DNA of 62,947 bases, the filler included, from Actinomycetota bacterium (lineage in GTDB: Bacteria > Actinomycetota > Acidimicrobiia > IMCC26256 > VFJJ01), in the NCBI GenBank assembly GCA_009886115.1. It is 5 parts of 5 records of this genome, joined end to end, with 100 filler letters (N's around TTAATTAATTAA, not from the genome) between each part and the next. Parts side by side here need not be neighbours in the genome. Positions count along the whole stretch, not along the records: positions 23,072 to 48,251 come from VFJJ01000044.1; 4 more parts are not named here. One strand, written 5' to 3'. Each line of letters starts with the position of its first letter. The stretch's first letter is position 1. The position numbers were made by a program, and so were the translations under genes. Shown here piece by piece: positions 28,102 to 36,276 of the stretch. The notes beneath the pieces are model-generated. The model saw only the letters and a program-made list of their open reading frames with translations. It made no database searches and was not told the DNA's origin.

Positions 28102-29004
28102 ATGTTCAGCAAGTTCGGATACTTCGCGCGCGAGACCGCCACCTCCTTGCGCCGCAACCTCCTGATGACGATCGCCGGGGTGCTCACGGTCACCGTCTCG
28201 CTCTTCCTCTTCGGCGGCGTGCTCCTGTTGTCGACGATGGTCGACCACGGCGTGGCCCGCTGGCAGGGCGATGTCGACATGCAGATCTACATGCAGCCCG
28301 ACGCCACCGACAGCCAGATCGAGGACATCCGCCTGGCGCTCGACCAGCTGACACAAGGTGATCTGGCCGGGGTCGCCAGCTTCACCTTCCTCGACAAGCC
28401 GGCGGCGTTCGAGGAGTTCAAGGAGCTCTTCGCCAACCAGCCGCAGTTCATCTCGTCACTGTCGGATCCCGAGAAGCTCCCGACCAGCTTCAAGATCGTG
28501 CCCAAGGGGGCCGCGTTCACCGAGGAGCTCCGGCTGAGCTTCGAAGGCCGTCCCGGGATCTTGCGTGTCCTCACGCCCGACTCCTCGGTCAGGTTCCTCA
28601 TCAAGCTCCGGTCCAACGTGCGGTTGCTGTTCTTCGCCATCGCCGCGGTGTTGCTGGCGTCCTCGTTGTTCCTCATCGTGAACACCATCCGCCTGGCCAT
28701 CTTCGCCCGCCGGCGCGAGATCCAGGTGATGAAGCTCGTGGGGGCCACGAACTGGTTCATCCGCATCCCCTTCATGCTCGAAGGTCTGGTGGAGGGGGCC
28801 CTCGGCGCGCTGTTGGCCTTCTTCGGGATCATCGGCCTGCAGAAGGTGCTCGCGAGCCAGGTGGCCGACGCCAACGACCTGTTCAGCGCGTTCTACGTCA
28901 CCACCGGCGACGCGCTGAGCATCGGATGGTCGGTGCTGGCGCTCGGCGCCGTCATCGGCATGGTCGGCTCGGCCATCGGCCTCCGACGTTTCCTCGAGGT
29001 CTGA
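28102..29004 (+). CDS. ftsX: Cell division permease FtsX
   Basis: NTIRLAIFARRREIQVMKLVGATNWFIRIPF signature; 4 TM. Confidence 0.93.
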   Translation: MFSKFGYFARETATSLRRNLLMTIAGVLTVTVSLFLFGGVLLLSTMVDHGVARWQGDVDMQIYMQPDATDSQIEDIRLALDQLTQGDLAGVASFTFLDKPAAFEEFKELFANQPQFISSLSDPEKLPTSFKIVPKGAAFTEELRLSFEGRPGILRVLTPDSSVRFLIKLRSNVRLLFFAIAAVLLASSLFLIVNTIRLAIFARRREIQVMKLVGATNWFIRIPFMLEGLVEGALGALLAFFGIIGLQKVLASQVADANDLFSAFYVTTGDALSIGWSVLALGAVIGMVGSAIGLRRFLEV

Positions 29005-29049
29005 GCCGGCCGGAGGCCCATGCCTTGCCGGGCCGGCCCACCTCGGCCG

Positions 29050-29116
29050 GGAGCCACCGGGACCCACCCGGCCCACCCGACCCACCCGGCCCACCGGGAC
29101 CCACCGGGCCCGGCCC
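29050..29116. repeat. Degenerate 9-bp tandem repeat (CCCACCCGG-like)
   Basis: Read directly in the ftsX-M23 intergenic region. Confidence 0.7.
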
Positions 29117-29211
29117 GTCGGGGCTGAGCTGGTGGCGCGCGCGCCCCAGCCCCAGCGCTGAGCCCGCGCCCGCCCGTGTGGCTAGTGTGGTTGATGATGA
29201 TGGTGTTGAAG

Positions 29212-30435
29212 ATGTGGTGGGGGCCTCGACGCGCTGTCGCGGCGCTGGTAGCGATGGCGGCGGTCACCGCGGCGCTCGTCCCGCTCGCTCCCGAGGTTTC
29301 TCGCGCTGATACCCAGGACGACATCCGCCAGAGGATCGAGGAGCTACGCGAGCAGGTGGGCGAGGCGTCCGAGCAGGAGACGGCATTGCTCGACCAGCTC
29401 GCCGAGGCTCAGGTCCGGCTCGAGGCGCTCGACGCGACCATCGGCCAATACGACCTGCAGATCGGGGACGTCACCGCCGAGCTCGACGGTGCCGAGGCAC
29501 GGGTGGCCGAGATCAGGCTCGAGCTGGCCACGACCGAGCTCCAGTTGGCCGACACCGAGGCCCGCCTCGGCATCACCCAGAACCGGGTCGACGCCACGCT
29601 GGTCGCGCTCTACACCGGCTCGTCGGCGAGCGGCCTCGCCCGATACACCGACTTCCTGATCGATGACCCCGCGGTTGCCCAGCTCGGATCGGCTCGGGTC
29701 TATCTCGAACTGCTCGGCACCGAGCAGGATCGTTCGATCGAGCAGCTGGCCGTCGACGCCACCGATTCGATCGAGCTCGCCGAGCAGCTCGATCGGAGCC
29801 GCCGCGAGGCCGAGGAGGTTCGCGACGTCGTCGCCTCCAGGCGCGCCGCGCTGCAGGTGCTCCAGGCCGAGCAGGCCGGCGTGCGCGACGAGGTCGTTGC
29901 CCAGCAACGGGCGGAGCAACAGGCGCTCGACGCGCTACGCGCCGACGTGTCGCGGTGGAAGCGCGACATCGAGCAGCTCGAGGCCGAGTCGCGTTCGATC
30001 GCGGTCTTCCTGGCAGCCGTCCAGCGAGGCCAACGTGTGACCCAGGCAGGCAACGGAAGCCTGCGCCGTCCCGTCCCCGGGGCGATCACGAGCGGGTTCG
30101 GACGGCGACTGCACCCGATCCTCAACTACTACCGCACCCACACGGGGGCCGACTTCCACGCTGCGAGCGGCACACCCATCGAGGCGGCGGCCGGTGGGGT
30201 CGTCGTCTGGGCCGAGGCTCGGGGTGGGTACGGCAACTGCGTGATCATCGACCACGGCAACGGGCTGGCCACGCTCTACGCCCACCAGTCGAGGCTGGCC
30301 GTGTCCGATGGCGACACCGTCAAGACGGGCGAGGTGATCGGCTACGTGGGCTCGACCGGGCTCTCGACCGGGCCTCACCTGCACTTCGAGGTGCGCCGCC
30401 AGGGCGAGCCGGTGAACCCCGCGGCCTACCTCTGA
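29212..30435 (+). CDS. Coiled-coil M23 peptidase / murein hydrolase (EnvC/NlpD-like FtsEX partner)
   Basis: Signal peptide, long coiled coil, HTGAD, YAH, GPHLHFE; start uncertain (29176-29253). Confidence 0.9.
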   Translation: MWWGPRRAVAALVAMAAVTAALVPLAPEVSRADTQDDIRQRIEELREQVGEASEQETALLDQLAEAQVRLEALDATIGQYDLQIGDVTAELDGAEARVAEIRLELATTELQLADTEARLGITQNRVDATLVALYTGSSASGLARYTDFLIDDPAVAQLGSARVYLELLGTEQDRSIEQLAVDATDSIELAEQLDRSRREAEEVRDVVASRRAALQVLQAEQAGVRDEVVAQQRAEQQALDALRADVSRWKRDIEQLEAESRSIAVFLAAVQRGQRVTQAGNGSLRRPVPGAITSGFGRRLHPILNYYRTHTGADFHAASGTPIEAAAGGVVVWAEARGGYGNCVIIDHGNGLATLYAHQSRLAVSDGDTVKTGEVIGYVGSTGLSTGPHLHFEVRRQGEPVNPAAYL

Positions 30436-30542
30436 CGCGGGCGATGGTGCCGACAACACCATCGTGAAATCGCCCCGCGTCCGCGCACCCCATCCCCGGG
30501 ATCCACCGGCGGCACCATGCCGCTATGGCGCCATGGCCGGTC

Positions 30543-31253
30543 TCAGGCGTTCAGCACGCCGTCGATGATGTGGACGGTCCGGTCGGCGTGATGGGTGACC
30601 CGTTCGTCGTGCGTGTCGACGATCGCTGCGGTGTTGCGAACCTTCATCTCCGACCGGATCAGTCCCATGACATGGTCGCCCAGCGCGGTGTCGAGCGACG
30701 ACGTGGGTTCGTCGAACAGCACGAGCGCCGGATCGTTCATCAGGGCCCGGCCGATGGCGACCCGCTGGCGTTGGCCGCCCGAGAGCTCACCCGGCAGGTG
30801 GCGGCTGTGCTCGGAGAGACCGAGCTCCTCGAGGAGCTCATCGGCCCGCGCCCGGGCCGCCGACCGGTGTCGCCGGCCGATCTCGTCGACGACGAGCAGG
30901 TTCTCCCGGGCCGTGAGGAACGGCACGAGGTTGACCGATTGGAACACGAAGCCGATGGTCTCCCGGCGGAAGGCCGTGAGTTGCCGGGGCGTGTACCCGG
31001 TGATCTCCTGGCCGCCCACGATGACCGATCCCGCCGAGGGCGTGAGGATCCCGCCGGCGATCGAGCACAGCGTCGACTTGCCCGAGCCGGACGGGCCGAC
31101 CAGGGCGACGATCTCGCCGGCCGGGATCGACAGGTCGACCCGGTCGAGGGCGACGGTCTCGCTCTCTCCCATCCGGTAAACCTTGCGGACGCCCGTGAGC
31201 TGTGCTGCGAGCGTCGTGTCGGACGTGGGCGTGATGGAACCGGTGACGTTCAC
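30543..31253 (-). CDS. ABC transporter ATP-binding protein (LolD/MacB-like)
   Basis: [24 protein letters not shown] start overlaps the permease stop. Confidence 0.9.
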   Translation of the reverse strand: MNVTGSITPTSDTTLAAQLTGVRKVYRMGESETVALDRVDLSIPAGEIVALVGPSGSGKSTLCSIAGGILTPSAGSVIVGGQEITGYTPRQLTAFRRETIGFVFQSVNLVPFLTARENLLVVDEIGRRHRSAARARADELLEELGLSEHSRHLPGELSGGQRQRVAIGRALMNDPALVLFDEPTSSLDTALGDHVMGLIRSEMKVRNTAAIVDTHDERVTHHADRTVHIIDGVLNA

Positions 31254-32511
31254 GTGACCCTTCCGATGGCCGTGGCCGGATCGATGCGCAGGACCCGGCG
31301 CAACGAGAACGCGCTCCCGCCGATGGCGGCGAGGATCAGCAGCCCGATGGTCGTGACCACCCGGGACGTTGAGAGGTCGTAGGGGATGGCGCCCGCCGGG
31401 ATCACCTGGTCGAGCAGGGTCGCCAGACCGCCCCCGAGGACCGAGGCCACGGCGGTGACGACGATCGACTGGATCACCAGGCCCCAGACCAGGGTCGAGG
31501 TGCGCGCTCCCATGGCTTTCAGCACCCCGTAGAGGGCCGTCCGCTCGACGGTCAGGAGCGCAAAGAACAGCGCGACCACGATGACCGCGACGACCACGAG
31601 CGCCTGGACTGTGTCGAGCGCCAGGCGGTTGTCGGGTCGGTTCGCGGCTTGGATCTGGTGCCAGGTACCGGATTCCACCCACACGCTCGCCTGCCCGAGA
31701 TAGTTGGTGTCGTCGACGAAGCCCACGATCGTGATCGGCGATCGGGCCGGACCCACCAGGATCGTCGTCCCGCGGTCGACACCCTCGCCTCGGAGGAGCT
31801 CGTCGGCGAACCCTTCGCCGGGACCGGGCGGAGCCGGGACACCCCGCGGAGCAGACTCGTACCCGAACACCGCGACATCGGCGAGATCCCGGGGGCCCGC
31901 TCCGGGAACCCGAGCGCCGAGGAGGGTGACGCCGATCCCACCCACCTCGGTCACGCTCACCGCCTGGATGAGGAGCGAGGAGACGAGCAGTCCCGGCGTG
32001 GCCCCGATGGCGCGCAGCAACGTGAGCGCACCGGCTTTCTGCAGGGTGACGATCAAGAAGAACAGGCCGGTGACCAGCGGAACGACCGAGGCGTACAGAA
32101 GGAACACCATGTCGAACGAGCGCCGCACCTCGGCCACGCCCGGCGCTTCCTCGGCTGCTCGCGAGCGCGTGAGGGCATCGGCATCGGGGTGCACGGCGTT
32201 CAGCCGCCCCTCGAGATCGCCAGCGCTGACGCCCGGCGCCGGCTCCACCCCGAGCACGCTGGGCCGGCGGCGTCTCGCACCGCAGCTTCGAGGTCGGGGC
32301 CGATGAGGCTGCCCTGCAGGTTGCGCCGACCCTCGACGCTGTAGACGAGCACCGGAGCCGATTGGTTGTCGATGGCGCCGACGAACGCCGTCACGAGGCC
32401 GTCTCGAAGCGCCTGCTGGAACAGGACCAGGAACACGAACAGGCCAACGGCGATCGTGAGCATCGTAAAACGCACCTCGGCCCGGCGCATCTCTCGGAAT
32501 GCGAGGAACAT
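31250..32511 (-). pseudogene. Two tandem FtsX/MacB-like ABC permeases collapsed by internal deletions and a frameshift
   Basis: One N-terminus (MFLAFREMRRAEVRF), frameshift near 32265, then two separate permease C-terminal motifs (QKAGALTLLRAIGA and ERTALYGVLKAMGA) within ~1.26 kb. Confidence 0.75.
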
Positions 32512-32746
32512 CGTCGCGCCGGTCTCCCGTTGCGGGTCACTCCGCCGTCACCCTCACCGTAGGTGGGGTAGTGCTCGAGTGTCACCGATCGCTGCGATTC
32601 CAGCCGCGAGCCGGACGACCGATCGATGTCGGGAGGATCGTCTCGACGGGTGGTTGGCCTCGAATGTCCTTGGCCGCCGACCGGTGCCGCGGATACGGGA
32701 GCGATATTCTGCGTCCATCGACCCCGGTAGCGACAAACAGCCAGAC

Positions 32747-33337
32747 GTGACCCTCGACACGATCGCCGTCCGACACGAAACCGACGACGAAGCGCTGTCG
32801 CGGATCTTTGCCGCCGGTGACCCTGACGCCCTGCGGATGACCTACGACCGCTACGGAGCCCTCGTGTACACGTTCTGCCGACGGACGCTGTACTCGAGCT
32901 CCGATGCCGAAGATGCTTCCCAGCAGGTGTTCCTCATCGCCTGGCAGCGTCGAGACCGGTTCGATCCAGAGCGGGGGTCGCTCGCCGGGTGGCTCATCGG
33001 TATCGCCCGCAACATCGTCCGGGAAACGCAACGGCGTCGCGCTCGACTCCACGGCCGGCGCGATCGCCTCGTCGAGGCAGCCCGATCGGGAACCGACCGC
33101 GGATCGATGTCGGCCGACCTCGATCCCGATGCCATCGCCGACCGGCTGCTGATGGCCGACGCTCTCCAGCAACTCACCACCGACCAGCGGCGTGTGATCG
33201 AGTTGGCTTTCTACTCCGGGCTCACACAGTCGGAGATCGCCGAAGAGCTCGACACCCCGCTCGGGACCGTCAAGAGTCATGCCCGTCGAGGGCTGGCGCG
33301 CCTGCGCCATCACCTGGAGGCCTGCGATGCCGGCTGA
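32747..33337 (+). CDS. ECF sigma factor, SigK-like
   Basis: DAEDASQQVF, FDPERGSLAGWL, LAFYSGLTQSEIAEELDTPLGTVKS. Confidence 0.9.
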   Translation: MTLDTIAVRHETDDEALSRIFAAGDPDALRMTYDRYGALVYTFCRRTLYSSSDAEDASQQVFLIAWQRRDRFDPERGSLAGWLIGIARNIVRETQRRRARLHGRRDRLVEAARSGTDRGSMSADLDPDAIADRLLMADALQQLTTDQRRVIELAFYSGLTQSEIAEELDTPLGTVKSHARRGLARLRHHLEACDAG

Positions 33338-34004
33338 CCCGCGGTGGGGCGAGCACAACGCAGAGCACGACCACGACGTCGACCTCGACCGCGACCTCGA
33401 TCTGCCGACGCAGGAGCGCCTCGGTCGCATCGCCCTGGCTCTGTCCGACGATGACCGCACGCTCCTCCAGCCCCCTCCTGGGATCTGGGCCGCCATCGAG
33501 CGGGCGATCGACCTCGATTCCTCGGCTGGCGTCGAGCGTCGCGCCGTTCCCGCGCGGTTCGTACCCCGCGGTCGTCGGTGGACGGCTGCGGCTGGGGCCG
33601 TGGCCGTAGCAGCCACGGCCCTGGTGGCCGTGATGGTCGTCGACGGCTCCGATCCCGCCGACGAGACCGTGGTAGCGACGGCGCGCCTCAACGCGCTCAC
33701 CGGGGTCGGGGGAGCGAGCGCGTCGCTCACCGACGAGGAGGGTGTGGCCCACCTGCATCTTCAGACGGAGGGTCTCCCCGCTCCGACGGGCTTCTACGAG
33801 GTCTGGCTCCTCGCGTCCGACGCGCAGAGCCTGGTCTCGCTCGGCCCGCTGCGACAGGACGGCGACTACGTGATCCCGCAGGGAATCGACCCCGAGGCCT
33901 ACCCGATCGTCGACGTCTCGCACGAGCCGCTCGACGGCGATCCCACCCACTCGGCCGACTCGTTGCTCCGAGGAGACTTCAAGCGGGTCGATCCCGCCGA
34001 CTGA
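33327..34004 (+). CDS. Anti-sigma factor, RskA-like
   Basis: PPPGIWAAI, single TM, FYEVWLL, VDVSHEPLDGDPTHS; overlaps the sigma 3' end. Confidence 0.85.
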   Translation: MPADPRWGEHNAEHDHDVDLDRDLDLPTQERLGRIALALSDDDRTLLQPPPGIWAAIERAIDLDSSAGVERRAVPARFVPRGRRWTAAAGAVAVAATALVAVMVVDGSDPADETVVATARLNALTGVGGASASLTDEEGVAHLHLQTEGLPAPTGFYEVWLLASDAQSLVSLGPLRQDGDYVIPQGIDPEAYPIVDVSHEPLDGDPTHSADSLLRGDFKRVDPAD

Positions 34005-34130
34005 CGGTCGGCCGAAACGCGTCATCCCCCAGGGTGTGCCCGATCGCCGCCCCGGGCCGAGGTAGCGCTCAAGACTCGGGTCAATTCGGTCGATACCGCT
34101 GGAGCACTTGGCTCTGACGCGGGGGACGCG

Positions 34131-36230
34131 ATGGCTGGCGAGACGGTTGGCGTGATCGCAGGTCGGGCCCATCCTCTCGGCGCCTGGCCCGACGGCGATG
34201 GAGTGAACTTCTCGGTGTTCGCCCAGCACGCGACCGCCGTGCAGCTTCTGGTGTTCGAATCGATCGAGGCGGCCGAGCCGTCGAGGGTGATCGACCTGGA
34301 CCCCGAGGACAACCGCACGTTCTACTTCTGGCACGCGCACGTCGCCGGGGTGGGGCCGGGCACGCACTATGCCTATCGCGTGTCGGGGCCCGACGACCTT
34401 CACGGTCAGGGGCATCGGTACGCCCCGAACAAGGTGCTCGTCGATCCGTACGCCAAGGCCATCTCGGCGACCCGGTGGCAACGAGGGAGCGCCTGCGGGC
34501 CCGATGACAACGTGACGACGTCACTCCGGTCGGTCGTCGTCGACCTCGACGACTACGACTGGGAGGGCGACGAGCCCATCAACCGCCCGATGGCGGAGTC
34601 GGTCATCTACGAGATGCACGTGGGCGGGTTCACCAGGTCGTCCTCGTCGGGCGTCGCCCACCCGGGAACATTCCTCGGCGTCATCGAGAAGCTGCCGTAT
34701 CTCAGCGACCTCGGGGTGACCGCCGTCGAGCTCCTCCCCGTCTTCGAGTTCGACCCCCAGGAGCTCTCGAAACCCAGCCCGGCCGACGACGGCTCGATGC
34801 TCACCAACTACTGGGGGTATTCGACGCTCGGGTTCTTTGCTCCCCATTCGGGCTACTGCATCGATCCCGACGTCGGTGGCCACGTTCGCGAGTTCCGCGA
34901 CATGGTGAAGGCCTGTCACCGCGCCGGTATCGAGGTGATCCTCGACATCGTCTTCAACCACACGACCGAGGGGAACCACGACGGCCCCACGATCTGCTTC
35001 AAGGGATTCGACAACTCGGTCTATTACTTCACGGTTCCTGACGACCGGCAGTACTACATGGACTACTCGGGGTGCGGGAACACCCTCGACTGCAACCATC
35101 CTGCGGTCGAGAAGCTCATCATCGACTGTCTCACGTTCTGGGTACGCGAGATGCACGTCGACGGCTTCCGTTTCGACGAGGGCTCGGTCCTGACCCGGGG
35201 CGAGGACGGCGCTCCGATGGCGCACCCTCCGGTGATCTGGAGCATCGAGCTGGGCGAGGACCTGCTCGACACGAAGGTGATCGCCGAGGCCTGGGATGCG
35301 GCGGGGCTCTATCAGGTCGGTTACTTCCCGGGATACCGGTGGGCCGAGTGGAACGGCCGGTACCGGGACACCGTCCGTCGCTTCGTGCGCGGCGACGCTG
35401 GGATCGTCGGCGAGCTGGCGCAGCGAGTCTGCGGGTCGGCCGACCTGTACCAGGCTGCCGGACGAGCGCCGATCAACAGCGTCAACTTCGTCACCTGCCA
35501 CGACGGTTTCACGCTCAACGATCTCGTCTCGTACGACACCAAGCACAACGAGTCCAACGGCGAAGGCAACCGCGACGGCGCCGACGACAACCTCTCGTGG
35601 AACTGCGGCAGGGAGGGGCCCAGCGACGACCCTGCGCTCGAGGAGCTCCGCTCCCGGCAGGTCAAGAACTTCGCCGCGTTGCTGTTGTTGTCACAGGGCG
35701 TACCGATGATCACGATGGGCGACGAGGTCCGGCGTACGCAGCTCGGCAACAACAACGCCTACTGCCAGGACGGGCCGCTGTCGTGGTTCGACTGGAACCT
35801 CGTCGACCGTCACAGCGACGTGCTGCGCTTCTACCGTCAGATGATCGCCTTCCGCAGCACGCATCCCGTCCTGCACCGCAAGCGGTACTTCACCGGTGAG
35901 CACAACGAGCGCGGTGTCGCCGATCTGGCGTGGCACGGCTGTGCACTCGGCAACCCGGGGTGGGACGACCCGGGTTCGCGATCGCTCGCGTTCACCCTGG
36001 GCGCCCTCGGTGGCGAGGACGACGACCTGCACGTGATCCTCAACATGGCCGTCGACGCGCTGGGCTTCGAGCTCCCCAAGATCGAGGGTCGGGGCTGGTG
36101 GCGCGTCGTCGACACGTCGCTCGCGTCCCCTGACGACATCGCCGAGGCCGGTGCCGGTCGGCTCGTCGACGGCAACGACTACATCGCCAACGGACGCAGC
36201 ATCGTCGTGCTGACATCGCGCCCGAATTGA
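34131..36230 (+). CDS. glgX: Glycogen debranching enzyme / isoamylase (GH13)
   Basis: PLGA...NFSVF, YEMHV, NYWGY, DIVFNH, DGFRFD, IAEAWD, NFVTCHDGFTLND, GNNNAYCQD. Confidence 0.95.
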   Translation: MAGETVGVIAGRAHPLGAWPDGDGVNFSVFAQHATAVQLLVFESIEAAEPSRVIDLDPEDNRTFYFWHAHVAGVGPGTHYAYRVSGPDDLHGQGHRYAPNKVLVDPYAKAISATRWQRGSACGPDDNVTTSLRSVVVDLDDYDWEGDEPINRPMAESVIYEMHVGGFTRSSSSGVAHPGTFLGVIEKLPYLSDLGVTAVELLPVFEFDPQELSKPSPADDGSMLTNYWGYSTLGFFAPHSGYCIDPDVGGHVREFRDMVKACHRAGIEVILDIVFNHTTEGNHDGPTICFKGFDNSVYYFTVPDDRQYYMDYSGCGNTLDCNHPAVEKLIIDCLTFWVREMHVDGFRFDEGSVLTRGEDGAPMAHPPVIWSIELGEDLLDTKVIAEAWDAAGLYQVGYFPGYRWAEWNGRYRDTVRRFVRGDAGIVGELAQRVCGSADLYQAAGRAPINSVNFVTCHDGFTLNDLVSYDTKHNESNGEGNRDGADDNLSWNCGREGPSDDPALEELRSRQVKNFAALLLLSQGVPMITMGDEVRRTQLGNNNAYCQDGPLSWFDWNLVDRHSDVLRFYRQMIAFRSTHPVLHRKRYFTGEHNERGVADLAWHGCALGNPGWDDPGSRSLAFTLGALGGEDDDLHVILNMAVDALGFELPKIEGRGWWRVVDTSLASPDDIAEAGAGRLVDGNDYIANGRSIVVLTSRPN

Positions 36231-36276
36231 GTGCAGAAGTATCAGTCCGAATCAGCTCGCTACCAAGGGATTCCAC

